From an uncultured delta proteobacterium (GTDB lineage Bacteria > Desulfobacterota > Binatia > UBA9968), in assembly GCA_963760795.1 (NCBI GenBank), contig CAVXEP010000022.1, positions 224,001 through 288,000 of the forward strand: 64,000 nt of DNA, read 5' to 3'. Shown here in pieces: positions 8,851 through 18,672 of the stretch; position 1 is the first letter of the stretch; the number at the start of each line of letters is the position of its first letter. The notes beneath the pieces are model-generated. The model saw only the letters and a list, made by a program, of their open reading frames with translations. It was not told where the DNA came from and did not search any database. The position numbers were made by a program, and so were the translations under genes.

Positions 8851-9825
8851 ATGAAAAGAGATATTCTCATCCCGCTCTTGATCGCCGTTGCCATGCTGGC
8901 CTTTGCCAGCGCCAATCATGCAGCGTCGTTAAAATCGGTCAACTTCGCGTCGAACACACCGACGTTGAGTGGCACGTTGCCGCTGGTCGTCGCCCAGGAG
9001 TTTGGTTTCTTCGCCGCCGAAGGTTTGGACGTCAAAACCGTGCTGATTCGCGGCGGACCGACGGCCATGGCGGCTCTGGTAGGCGGCGGCGTCGATTACA
9101 CGCTGGTGGCCGGCGTGGCAGCGGTACGGGCGATCGCGCAAAACGCGCCGATGACGATCATCAGCGGCCTTCAACCTTACATGGACTACACGTTGCTCGG
9201 CGCCAAAGGCGTCACCGGCGTCAACGACCTCAAGGGCAAAGTCGTCGGCGTCACCGGTCCGGGCGGCATCGCCGAGTTCGCCACGGTGGAAGGGCTGGCC
9301 AAGAAAGGGCTGGTGCGCGACCGGGATTATAAAGTCCTTTATGGCGTCGGCAACAGTCCGGCGCGCGCTCAAGCTTTAGAAACCGGCAAGATTCACGCCT
9401 CGCCATTTTCTTTCTTAGAAAGATTGGAACTGGAACGGAAAGGCTATCCCACTCTTTTCGATATCGGCAGCGTCATGCCGGGATTTCCTTTCGTAGTGAT
9501 CGTTACCAGTAAACAAAAAATCGAGACCGATCCCGAAGGAATCGTTTCAATGCTGCGCGCGATCAAGCGCGGCTTGGACTTCCTCGCCGGCAACCATGAA
9601 AAAGTCGCCGCCGTGGTGATTAAGAAGAACAACTTCGGCGACCCGGCCACGGTGCGCAAAGTCATCGCGCAGTTTGCCGAGGTCTATTCGGTGGCGATCA
9701 CCAAAGACGACATCGAAGCGCTGATCGCCGCCACGCGCATCGAAGCGGAAGCGAAAAAGCTCGGCGGATCGGAAAAATTCTTTACCCGGCAATTTCTCAC
9801 CAAGGCTCTCGGCCAAAGCCGTTGA
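8851..9825 (+). CDS. SsuA/NMT1-family substrate-binding protein
   Basis: Signal peptide; GFFAAEGLDV, A.AALVGG.VD, DLKGKVVGV. Confidence 0.85.
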   Translation: MKRDILIPLLIAVAMLAFASANHAASLKSVNFASNTPTLSGTLPLVVAQEFGFFAAEGLDVKTVLIRGGPTAMAALVGGGVDYTLVAGVAAVRAIAQNAPMTIISGLQPYMDYTLLGAKGVTGVNDLKGKVVGVTGPGGIAEFATVEGLAKKGLVRDRDYKVLYGVGNSPARAQALETGKIHASPFSFLERLELERKGYPTLFDIGSVMPGFPFVVIVTSKQKIETDPEGIVSMLRAIKRGLDFLAGNHEKVAAVVIKKNNFGDPATVRKVIAQFAEVYSVAITKDDIEALIAATRIEAEAKKLGGSEKFFTRQFLTKALGQSR

Positions 9826-9836
9826 AAGGAACCATC

Positions 9837-10790
9837 ATGGCAAAAAACATCGAACTGAGTCTTCTCCTCGCCGACTACCACCGCACGCGGCCCATGTTGA
9901 ACGGCGAGATCAAAGCACCGGGTGTTGAATTCACGCTGCACCGCGCCGAGACCGGCGTCGCCTGCATGCGGCCGGTCTACGAAGAATACGACATCGCCGA
10001 GATGTCTCTGTCATGGTACGTCATGGCGCGCAGCCGCAACGAGCCGGTCGTCGCCCTGCCGATCTTTCCGTTGCGCATGCAGATCCACCCATATATTTTT
10101 TGCTCGCCGGCCTCCGGCATCGAACGCCCGGAGGACTTGAAGGGCAAAAAGATCGGCATGGACCAATACCGCTTGACCGTCGGTCTGTGGGCGCGCGGCA
10201 TCCTGCAAGAACATTACGGCGTGCGGCCGGAAGATTGCCATTGGTTTACCAACGAACCCGAGTCGCCGGACGCCGGCTTTCAACTGCCGGCGAATGTCGA
10301 GCTCACCTGCGCCCAGGAGTCCACCGAAGCGATGCTTTTGCGCGGCGAGCTCGACGCCCTGATCCCGCCCAACATAGTGCCGTCGTTTCGCAACCAAGAC
10401 CCGCGCATTCGCCGCGTCTTCAAAGACATTCGCGTCACCGTCAATGATTATTTTCGTCACACCCGAATCTTCCCGATCACTCACACGCTGGTGGTGCGCG
10501 AGGAGTTGTTCGAAAAACAGCCTTGGCTGGTAGCCAGCCTGCTCGAAGCCTTCAATGAAGCTGAAGAACTTTGCCGCAAGTCCTACGCCTATGCCAAGCG
10601 CTCGGCATTTCCGTCGGCGGTGCTGATCTTGGAAGAAGAGGAAGAAGTTTTCGGCAAGAATCCCTGGCAGCACGGCTTAACGCCCGAGAACCAAGTGGTG
10701 CTGGAAAAATTCGTGCAATACGCCAACGAGCAGGGCTACATTCCGAACCGTCCGGCGCTAAGCGAGCTGTTCGCGCCGGTCGGCAACTAG
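9837..10790 (+). CDS. 4,5-dihydroxyphthalate decarboxylase-like protein, paralog 3
   Basis: YHRTRP, YDIAEMSLS, ALPIFP.R, DLKGKKIG..QY.LT..LWARGIL, IFPITH, EQG. Confidence 0.8.
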   Translation: MAKNIELSLLLADYHRTRPMLNGEIKAPGVEFTLHRAETGVACMRPVYEEYDIAEMSLSWYVMARSRNEPVVALPIFPLRMQIHPYIFCSPASGIERPEDLKGKKIGMDQYRLTVGLWARGILQEHYGVRPEDCHWFTNEPESPDAGFQLPANVELTCAQESTEAMLLRGELDALIPPNIVPSFRNQDPRIRRVFKDIRVTVNDYFRHTRIFPITHTLVVREELFEKQPWLVASLLEAFNEAEELCRKSYAYAKRSAFPSAVLILEEEEEVFGKNPWQHGLTPENQVVLEKFVQYANEQGYIPNRPALSELFAPVGN

Positions 10791-10796
10791 TTTCGA

Positions 10797-11789
10797 TTAC
10801 TTCGCGGGATACAAGCCAGCGAAGAAACCGCTCTGCTCCAGGCCGCGCACGATGGAGCCGTCGATCTGATCGTCCACCGACAGCGGCCGCAGCTGCGGTT
10901 CGCTTTTCTCCAGGAAGGTTTTGATCAGCGCGATGCCCGCTCGGTTCGGATACGGCACGCGCGGGACATAATTGAGATAGGTTCGTTGGGTTTCTTCCTG
11001 TACCAGCACGTCGTCGATCTTTAACCGGTCCTTAATGATCTTCTTGGAATAAGCCGCATCATTCTTAAAAACCGCGATCGCCTCGCCCATGGCGCGGACA
11101 AAGTTGCGCGCGACTTCAGAATTTTGCCGCAGGAACAACTTACGCGTCACCACACCGGCTGATTGATAGTCTGGAATGACATCGGCGAGATCGACCAGCT
11201 CACGAAACCCTTCCTGCTTGGCCACCGCCAACGTCGGCAGAGAAATCGGCCCGCCGAAGATCTTCTTGCTCTGCATGCCGGAAAGAATCGGCGGCACCCC
11301 GCCCATCTGAATGATCGGCACATCGGTTTCCGGCCGAAGCCCCCATTTATCGAGCGCAAGGCGCAGCAGCGCATCGGTGGTGGAACCGAAGCGCGTCACG
11401 CCCATCGCCTTGCCCTTGAGATCCTTGGGCTCACGAATCTCCGGCCGCACGATGATCGAAAACGGCGGCTTGGTCACCAGACCGACAATCATCACGGCAT
11501 CGCTCCCCTGCGCATTGACCCGCATCACCGGCTCGATTCCTTGAATGCCAAGCTGCGTGGTCCCGCCGAGCAGCGACTGCATCGCCGGCGAACCGGCGAC
11601 GTAAATCAATTCAACGTCGAGATCATATTTGGCAAAAATCCCTTTATCGACGGCGATCCAGGGGATCACCGCTGAGCCGGAGATCGAGCTATAGGCGACG
11701 CGGAGCTGGGTCGGCGCCTTGCTCGCCGCAAGCAGCGGCGATGAGAAGAGAACTGCGACAAGTGAGCTGACAAGTCCAAGTAAGGACAT
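10797..11789 (-). CDS. SsuA/NMT1-family substrate-binding protein
   Basis: MSLLGLVSS signal peptide; GIFAKYDLDVEL, DLKGK.MGVTRFGS.TD, C-terminal LEQSGFFAGLY. Confidence 0.85.
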   Translation of the reverse strand: MSLLGLVSSLVAVLFSSPLLAASKAPTQLRVAYSSISGSAVIPWIAVDKGIFAKYDLDVELIYVAGSPAMQSLLGGTTQLGIQGIEPVMRVNAQGSDAVMIVGLVTKPPFSIIVRPEIREPKDLKGKAMGVTRFGSTTDALLRLALDKWGLRPETDVPIIQMGGVPPILSGMQSKKIFGGPISLPTLAVAKQEGFRELVDLADVIPDYQSAGVVTRKLFLRQNSEVARNFVRAMGEAIAVFKNDAAYSKKIIKDRLKIDDVLVQEETQRTYLNYVPRVPYPNRAGIALIKTFLEKSEPQLRPLSVDDQIDGSIVRGLEQSGFFAGLYPAK

Positions 11790-11821
11790 AAGGATTCGAC
11801 TTTCAGACTTCCGGCATCTGA

Positions 11822-12298
11822 CTAACCTTCGGCATGCAGCATCTTCCCGCCCACCTCGACTGGCTTGGCGTCGATCAGGATGAAAGCAATCACGCAAGGC
11901 TCGGTGCCGCGGTTGACCCAGTTGTGGATCGTGCCGCGCTGCACCAGCACATCACCCGCCTTCAGATGGACGACAGTGTCATCGAGCTCCATGTCGATCT
12001 CTCCCGACATGACAACGGCATAATCGATGGAATCCGTTCGGTGGTTGCGCGGCGCGACGCCGGGCGCAAACTCGACAACGCGAAAGACCGTGCCGTTATT
12101 CAACGTCGTGCCGACCTGCCGCAGTCCCTCGTCGGCGTCGCCGGTGTTGTTGACGGGAAAAGATTCCGTGGTCCAGACCACACAAGCCGACCGTCCAGGC
12201 CGGCCCGCGGGGAGATTTTTAGAAACCTCATCGATCTTCACAATCGCCCGTCCATTGGCATCATGTCCTGTGACTACCCGTCGTAACTGAAGTGACAT
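11822..12298 (-). CDS. Cupin domain protein
   Basis: RRVVTGHD..GRA, HRTDSIDYAVV.SGEI, GDVLVQRGT.HNW.NR. Confidence 0.88.
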   Translation of the reverse strand: MSLQLRRVVTGHDANGRAIVKIDEVSKNLPAGRPGRSACVVWTTESFPVNNTGDADEGLRQVGTTLNNGTVFRVVEFAPGVAPRNHRTDSIDYAVVMSGEIDMELDDTVVHLKAGDVLVQRGTIHNWVNRGTEPCVIAFILIDAKPVEVGGKMLHAEG

Positions 12299-12635
12299 TG
12301 TCTTTTCCCTCCGTTAGAACTTGGCCGCACTCAGCTTTGTGACACTCAACAATCATTTAAGTGCCGTCTGCCTCATGCGGATCATCTGCCTCCGTCGCGG
12401 AACTTTTTTCCTTGATTCAGATTTATTAGTCGTAGTCCCCTTCCCCGCAGGCGGACAGATAGTTTGCATGAAACCGCATGATGCTCGCCTCGCGCTCTAA
12501 CGACTTGGCATGAGGGGCGCGACTTCAGGAGCCGCCTTTTCCAGGCTTTTGCTAGCCGAGCGTTTTAATAATCGCTCTCACTGTTACTATTTTGGGATGC
12601 GCCAGGAGCAACAACTGACCTCAATTCCGGCGGTC

Positions 12636-13565
12636 CTATTTCACTGGCTTCTTCAGGTGATGTCCAAAGAACGCTATTACCTGGTGAACACTGTCGTCCC
12701 AGGCTTTGGGATCGCCACCAGTGGTCGCACCACGCCCCGTGGGTGAATTGCCGTTAATACGCGCCGGATCGTAGCGCACAGGAAAGCTGCTATCAAAAGA
12801 ATGATGCGCTCCGGGATAAACTTTGATCGACACGGGATACCCCGCTTCGCGCGCGATTTCAACCAGCTTGCGGCACGGCTCTGCCGGTGTCCAATCGTCG
12901 TTCTCTCCGATTAGGATTAGCAGCGGCGCTACCGGTTTGTACACGCCGACGTAGCTCGTGATCGGACCACTGCTGCCGGATTGCCGCACGGAGCGCCAGC
13001 CCCCCAGGCGAGCCGCACAACCCGGATAGAGAGCTATTGCCGCGCTGAAACCCGTCCGCTTCTCTTGAGCAAGCGGTTCCATTCCCCGTTCCGGAGCCAC
13101 CAGCGAAGCCAACGTCGACGATCCACCGTGAGACCCGCCCATGATGCCGATTCGCGATCCATCGACATAGGGCAGTGTCCGAAGGTAGGCCAACGCCGCA
13201 TACGCGTCGTCTACACGGCGAGCGGGGGCCACTTCGTTTCGACTCGGTGACGCGTTAGTACAAACACCACCGGCATGGCCGCGCGCGGTGAAGCTATCCG
13301 GCATAACGATGACATATCCTCTCTCCACCAGTTCCCTGGCCCAGCGAATGGGCGCACCGCTCGAACGTGGCCCAAGCCCGCTGCAATCGTGCATGATCAC
13401 GACCGCGGGGAATGGCCCCGTCCCCTCCGGTTTCAACATCGTTGTGGGGACCTGCTCTAACGTACCATTGGCCGCATTTGTGGATAGGGTTAGACGGGAG
13501 GTTGCGCCGACACAACCCGCGAGTAACAGGAAGCAAAATACCATAGCCTTAAAAGCAATATACAT
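12636..13565 (-). CDS. Dienelactone hydrolase-family alpha/beta hydrolase, probable lipoprotein
   Basis: LAGC lipobox; HDCSG, GGSHGG nucleophile elbow, GENDDWTP, YPGAHHSFD. Confidence 0.85.
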   Translation of the reverse strand: MYIAFKAMVFCFLLLAGCVGATSRLTLSTNAANGTLEQVPTTMLKPEGTGPFPAVVIMHDCSGLGPRSSGAPIRWARELVERGYVIVMPDSFTARGHAGGVCTNASPSRNEVAPARRVDDAYAALAYLRTLPYVDGSRIGIMGGSHGGSSTLASLVAPERGMEPLAQEKRTGFSAAIALYPGCAARLGGWRSVRQSGSSGPITSYVGVYKPVAPLLILIGENDDWTPAEPCRKLVEIAREAGYPVSIKVYPGAHHSFDSSFPVRYDPARINGNSPTGRGATTGGDPKAWDDSVHQVIAFFGHHLKKPVK

Positions 13566-13718
13566 AATTATCTCTCACAAACGGTGAACTATCCGAATCA
13601 ATCATAACCGTCTTGGTGCAGGCGAATTTTCCTGTCCATGCGGCAACGTAAAACGGGTAAGAGAGAAAATTTGCGTAGACTGCGGAAACATTAAACTAAC
13701 TTAATACAGGGACTTTGC

Positions 13719-14198
13719 TCATTTTTGCCGTGGTTCACGGCGGAATTCGATCCCATGGGCTTCGAGAAACTCTATAGCGATCTCTTCGAGCGCGGCGTCG
13801 CGATAGCGATACCACGCATCGGCGATTGCCCGCCTGTGCAAGGCGTCTTTAAACCGGCCAAACGCGCCGCGCCCGTGCAGCGCCGCTTCAAGCTCATCGC
13901 GCACGTCGCCGTCGGCAACCGACCGGGCAAAGCGTTCCATGATCGACCATTCGTGAATGTCGAACTTGCTCGGCAAAGGGATAAAGTCTTCCGACGCCGT
14001 CACTTCACGCACCTTGGGCATAAACTCTTTCTGCCATTCAGGCGCGTCCTCTGCTTCGTCCGGATCTTCGGCCAAGCTGAACATTTCGTCAGTAATGGTA
14101 ATCAGCTCGCCGGTCTTACGATTGATGTAGGCCGTCGCCTCATCACTCATGATCTCCATTTCATCGATCACTTCGCGCAGGGAAACGATCGCAGCCAT
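13719..14198 (-). CDS. UPF0158 family protein
   Basis: YINRKTGE, F.PLP...EWSIMERF, GRGAFGRFKD.L, W..YR. Confidence 0.85.
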   Translation of the reverse strand: MAAIVSLREVIDEMEIMSDEATAYINRKTGELITITDEMFSLAEDPDEAEDAPEWQKEFMPKVREVTASEDFIPLPSKFDIHEWSIMERFARSVADGDVRDELEAALHGRGAFGRFKDALHRRAIADAWYRYRDAALEEIAIEFLEAHGIEFRREPRQK

Positions 14199-14377
14199 AC
14201 TGGTCCTCAGACTAATCAGGATCTAACTCTAGCCGAACATATCTAAAAATTTTGCCGAACTTCCGATCAAGGGACTCGGAAAAGAGACGTCTCCCACCTG
14301 GTCTTTAAAGTTAAACCATAAACTTGTCGGTTCCGACGCGAAAGCAGCCCCGCGGACCGAAAGCTGAAACTCGAAAC

Positions 14378-15400
14378 TCATTTCGCCTCTGGTATCTCCA
14401 GTTTCCCGATGCGTTTGATCGCGTCGGTGAGCATCTTCGCGTCCTTGTCCCAGAATTTCTGGAACTCGGGGGCGTCGAGATAGGCGATCGGGGTCTGAAG
14501 CTTTTCCATGGCGGTTTTAAACTCGGCAGTGTTCACCGCCTGGCGCACCGACTCGCGGATACTTTTCATCACCGGCTCGGGTGTCCCGCGCGGCGCGAAC
14601 AGTCCGGCCCAGATATAAAACTCGATGTCGTATCCCAGCTCCTTGAAGGTGGCGACGTCGGGCAGGGACGCGACCCGTTTGGCGCCCCATCCGGCCAGAG
14701 GCCGCAGCTTGCCGGCCTTGATATGCGGGATGACCACTGCCGGTCCGGAGGCGAGCGTATCGACGTGACCGCCGAGAATCGCCGTCAGCGCGGGCCCCGC
14801 GCCGGAGTACGGCACATGCTTCAAACTGATGCCTGCGCCATGCGAGAGCATCTCCATCGCCATATGCAAAGTCCCGTACACGCCGGAGGAAGAAAACGAA
14901 ATCTGTCCCGGACGTTTCTTGGCGTCATCGACAAATTCCTTGACGCTTTTCCACGGCCGTTCGGCGCTGACGACGAAGATCGTCGGGTCCGCGGAAATCA
15001 AGGCGATGGGAATGAGCTGGTCCATGGTGTAGGCGGGCTTGCGGTCGAAGAGCTTGTCCGCCTCTGGGATGATCGAAATGCTCGATAACGCCATCAGCAG
15101 ATTGTAGCCGTCCGGCTTGCTGTTGGCGACGAAGGACATTCCCACGGCGCCCGCCGCGCCGGTCTTGTTGGCGACCACCACCGGATTTTTCAGCACGTTC
15201 TCCAGCGCCGCCGCGACCGGCCGTGCCATTAGGTCGGCAACGCCGCCAGGCGGAAACGGCGCGACGATCGTAATCGGCCGGTTCGGATATTTCTCCTGGG
15301 CTAGAGCGTCAGCCATAAAGCCGAAAAGCAAAATGACTAGAGCCGGGAAAGTACTGCGCCGGCATAAACAGATGATGTCTCGATTAAAAATGGCCGTCAT
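14378..15400 (-). CDS. tctC: Tripartite tricarboxylate transporter substrate-binding protein (TctC/Bug)
   Basis: YP.RPI.IVAPFPPGG..D..AR, NK.GA.G, PDGY, HVPY.G.GPA...LGGHVD. Confidence 0.9.
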   Translation of the reverse strand: MTAIFNRDIICLCRRSTFPALVILLFGFMADALAQEKYPNRPITIVAPFPPGGVADLMARPVAAALENVLKNPVVVANKTGAAGAVGMSFVANSKPDGYNLLMALSSISIIPEADKLFDRKPAYTMDQLIPIALISADPTIFVVSAERPWKSVKEFVDDAKKRPGQISFSSSGVYGTLHMAMEMLSHGAGISLKHVPYSGAGPALTAILGGHVDTLASGPAVVIPHIKAGKLRPLAGWGAKRVASLPDVATFKELGYDIEFYIWAGLFAPRGTPEPVMKSIRESVRQAVNTAEFKTAMEKLQTPIAYLDAPEFQKFWDKDAKMLTDAIKRIGKLEIPEAK

Positions 15401-15497
15401 ATTTCACCTCCGAGTTCCGAAATAGTGGACCGCGTATCTAAGTTCGCTATCCTCAATCTTCGATTCTCCATCCTCGGTTTTACCGTATTTACATCTA

Positions 15498-17018
15498 CTA
15501 TTTGACAGCGGCGAATCCGAAGCGTTGCCGCCAATCGGCCTTTTTCATAACAAATGTAATCATGCTCGATAACAAGAGCGCCGCCCCGACCGTCAGCAGC
15601 ACCAGAGCGATGGGCCGGGTGACGAAGATCGCGTAGCTTCCCGAAGACATCGACAGCGACTGGCGAAAGCTCATCTCCATCATCGGTGCCAGCACCAGCC
15701 CCAATACTACCGGCGCGGTCTCGAAGTCAAACTTGCGCAGCCCGTAGCCGAGCGCGCCCATCGCCGTCATGATGCCGACATCGACGACGCTGCCGTTAAC
15801 CGCGTAGACGCCAAGCACGCAAAAAATCAGGATCGCTGGATAAAGCAGCGGATAAGGTATGCGCAGCAAATTAACAAATATCCCGACCAACGGCAGATTC
15901 AAAATCAACAGCACCACATTGCCGACGTACATGCTGGCGATGAAACCCCAAAAAAGCTCCGGCTGCTGCGAGATCATGAGCGGACCGGGGGCGACGCCAT
16001 GCACCATCAACGCGGCGATCATCACAGCGGGTATCGGCCCGGACGGCACGCCCAGCGCGAGCATGGGGACGAAGGCGCCGGAAGTTGCCGAGTTGTTCGC
16101 CGATTCCGGACCAGCGACGCCCTCGATGGCGCCATGACCGAATCGCTCCGGATGCTTGGAAAGACGGCGCTCGACGGAGTAGGAGACAAATGACGCGATA
16201 ATGTGGGCCGAGCCGGGAATGATGCCGATCAAAAAACCCAGCACCGTACCGCGGCCGATGGGCCAAAGCGATGCGCGCCATTCCGCGCGCGACGGCAGCA
16301 GTTCCCTCAGCCGCGGTTTCTTGACCTCCGGTGCGACCGGCTGCCCCGCGGTCAGTAAAATCTCTGAGAGGCCAAACAGCCCAACGGCAACCGGCACCAC
16401 GCCGATGCCGTCGCCCAGTTCCACCAGCCCGTAGCTGAAGCGTGAGAAGCCGGTCATCGGATCGATGCCGATCATGCCTAAGAGCAGCCCCAGCGCCGCC
16501 ATCGCGAGAGCTTTGAGCATGGAACCGCCGCTCATGTAGGCGAGCGCGAGCAGGCCCAAAAGCAGCAGGGTGAAATACTCCGGCGGTCCGAAGCGCAGCG
16601 CGAAGCTCGCCAACGGCGGCGCGAGAAACATGAGCGCGACGACGCTCACCGTCCCGGCGATATAGGAGCCGACCGCGGCAATGGCCAACGCCGGCCCAGC
16701 CCGGCCACTGCGCGTCATTGCGTAGCCGTCGATGCAGGTCATGACCGAGGCCGCTTCGCCAGGGATCCGCATCAGTATCGACGTCGTCGAGCCGCCATAC
16801 ATGGCGCCGTAGTAAATGCCCGCCAGCAGAACGATGGCGGAAGTTGCATCAAGACCGAACGATGCGGGCAGCAGCAAGCTAATGCCGGCAAGCGGACCCA
16901 CGCCCGGCAAGACGCCAACGAGTGTGCCAACGACGCAGCCGACAAAAGCATAGAGCAAGACATTCGGTGCAAGCGCGACGGAAAAACCGAGATAAAGATT
17001 ATGCAGAGTTTCGACCAT
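15498..17018 (-). CDS. tctA: Tripartite tricarboxylate transporter permease TctA
   Basis: [41 protein letters not shown]. Confidence 0.93.
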   Translation of the reverse strand: MVETLHNLYLGFSVALAPNVLLYAFVGCVVGTLVGVLPGVGPLAGISLLLPASFGLDATSAIVLLAGIYYGAMYGGSTTSILMRIPGEAASVMTCIDGYAMTRSGRAGPALAIAAVGSYIAGTVSVVALMFLAPPLASFALRFGPPEYFTLLLLGLLALAYMSGGSMLKALAMAALGLLLGMIGIDPMTGFSRFSYGLVELGDGIGVVPVAVGLFGLSEILLTAGQPVAPEVKKPRLRELLPSRAEWRASLWPIGRGTVLGFLIGIIPGSAHIIASFVSYSVERRLSKHPERFGHGAIEGVAGPESANNSATSGAFVPMLALGVPSGPIPAVMIAALMVHGVAPGPLMISQQPELFWGFIASMYVGNVVLLILNLPLVGIFVNLLRIPYPLLYPAILIFCVLGVYAVNGSVVDVGIMTAMGALGYGLRKFDFETAPVVLGLVLAPMMEMSFRQSLSMSSGSYAIFVTRPIALVLLTVGAALLLSSMITFVMKKADWRQRFGFAAVK

Positions 17019-17090
17019 GGACGAAATGAAAAATTTAAAACGCCATAGTTAAACACACTCCGATTATTATTTTTTGCTTTTACCTTTCCG

Positions 17091-17535
17091 TCAAAACCCC
17101 AGCGGTCCCAGCGGCAGAGGAACCCGGAGCAGCGTATGGAACAAGTAAAACGAGCCAAACGCTAGACCCAAGGCAAGACCTATGGTTCCCCTCCAGCTGC
17201 GCCTTTCGACAACTTTGAGCAGGAAGCCAAGCACGAGCACGACCGTCAAACGGTAGCCAAGACGCTCGATGCCAAGCGCCGCAAAGATACAGGCCGCGAA
17301 TATCGCCAGGGCGTGACGCCACTCGACCCAACGAATCGACGATAGGATGGCGCCGACGGCCACCGGTCGCTGACGAGAAACACTCCGAAGATTAGCAGCA
17401 GTGATGCAAGCAGAATCGGAATGTAAGCCGGTCCCGGGTTGACGAAATGTCCCGAGCGGCAGAACGCGGCATCTCCCAAATCACCAGCAGAGAGAAAATA
17501 ACCAGCACGCTCCCCGATAATCGGTCAGTCGTCAA
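17091..17535 (-). CDS. tctB: TctB small membrane subunit (frameshifted)
   Basis: Pieces PGPAYIP.LLA, ERLGY.LT, LF..LL.VPLP.G; lies upstream of tctA; probable TTG start at 17535. Confidence 0.75.
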
Positions 17536-17653
17536 CGGTTCCGTCCTTTCAATTCCGAGTTCCTTAATTCTTTGCGCTCTTGCCGGCCAACCTCCTCCGA
17601 ACCCGAAACATTGAACCTTGAACCTTTGAACTTTGAACCGCGCGCGGTGCGCG

Positions 17654-18430
17654 CTATTTATGAAACTCCTTCGTCCCGGCGTACGCCCGCGGGTTGACCA
17701 GCGCGTGCTCTTCCTGCATCAGCCAGGCGATCTCCGCCGCCATCGGCACGCTCGCCGCTTCCATCGACGAATGCGCCGCCATTTTGCAGTATTTCAACGT
17801 CGTCTTGTCGAACTTGCCGATCTCCTCGCCCCACTTCCACGCCTCGTCTTGCAATTGATCGTGCGGCACCACGCGATTGATCAAACCGGCGTTCATCGAC
17901 TTGACCGCGTCCCAGTTTTTGCCGGTGAGAATCAACTCGAAGCCAAGTTTGGTTGGAATCAGCGTCTTGAACATGGTCGCGATGATCGGATAGGGCAAGA
18001 AGCCGCGCATGATCTCGGGCAAACCGAACATCGCCTTGTCCGAAGCGATCGCCAAGTCGTGCGGCAATAGCAGGGTAATGCCGCCACCCAAACAGAATCC
18101 GTTCACCACCGCGATCGTCACTTTGGGGAAAGTCCGAATCACTTCGGCGACATGATAGGCGCGCGGCTCCTTGCGCCGGTCTTTGCCGCGATTCTGCCCG
18201 CCTTCCGTCGGAAACTCAGAGAGGTCGCGGCCGGCGCAGTACGCGACATCGCCCGCGCCGGTGGTCAACACCACGGCAATCTCGTCGTCGTTGCGTAGCT
18301 CCTCGAACACGGCCAGCATCTCGCGAATCGCATCGCGGCTGAGCGCATTGCGTTTCTCCGGCCGGTTGATCGTCAACTTCGCCACCGCGCCGCGGGTTTC
18401 CAAAATCGTGAACTTACCTTCTTTGATCAT
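17654..18430 (-). CDS. Enoyl-CoA hydratase/isomerase (crotonase) family
   Basis: TINRPEKRNAL, YCAGRDL, IAVVNG.CLGGG, FGLPE. Confidence 0.9.
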   Translation of the reverse strand: MIKEGKFTILETRGAVAKLTINRPEKRNALSRDAIREMLAVFEELRNDDEIAVVLTTGAGDVAYCAGRDLSEFPTEGGQNRGKDRRKEPRAYHVAEVIRTFPKVTIAVVNGFCLGGGITLLLPHDLAIASDKAMFGLPEIMRGFLPYPIIATMFKTLIPTKLGFELILTGKNWDAVKSMNAGLINRVVPHDQLQDEAWKWGEEIGKFDKTTLKYCKMAAHSSMEAASVPMAAEIAWLMQEEHALVNPRAYAGTKEFHK

Positions 18431-18513
18431 TGCCAAATCCTTTCTTAGATCGTCGTACTCTAGGCGAATAACACTTGCCATCCGTTTCGGTCAACCATAT
18501 AGAAAAAGACGTC

Positions 18514-18595
18514 TTCACCACGAAGCCACGAAGGACACGAAGGGTTCAAATAATGTTATTCCGAACTTCGTGCTCTTCGTGTCCTTCGTGGTGAA
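18514..18595. repeat. 9-nt periodic inverted repeat (CACGAAGNN)n
   Basis: ttcaccacgaagccacgaaggacacgaagggttc ... gaacttcgtgctcttcgtgtccttcgtggtgaa; related copies at ~5427, ~5497, ~36910, ~49376, ~55622. Confidence 0.8.
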
Positions 18596-18672
18596 ATCGG
18601 CTCTTTTCATCGAACGCAGTAAACCGACTCTATCCTTGAAAGCCAAAAGCCAATCGGTTATCCCCGTAGCCA

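Noticed and set aside
18514-18595. Periodic repeats as a CRISPR array
   Set aside because: Units are 7-9 nt with no unique spacers, and there are no cas genes
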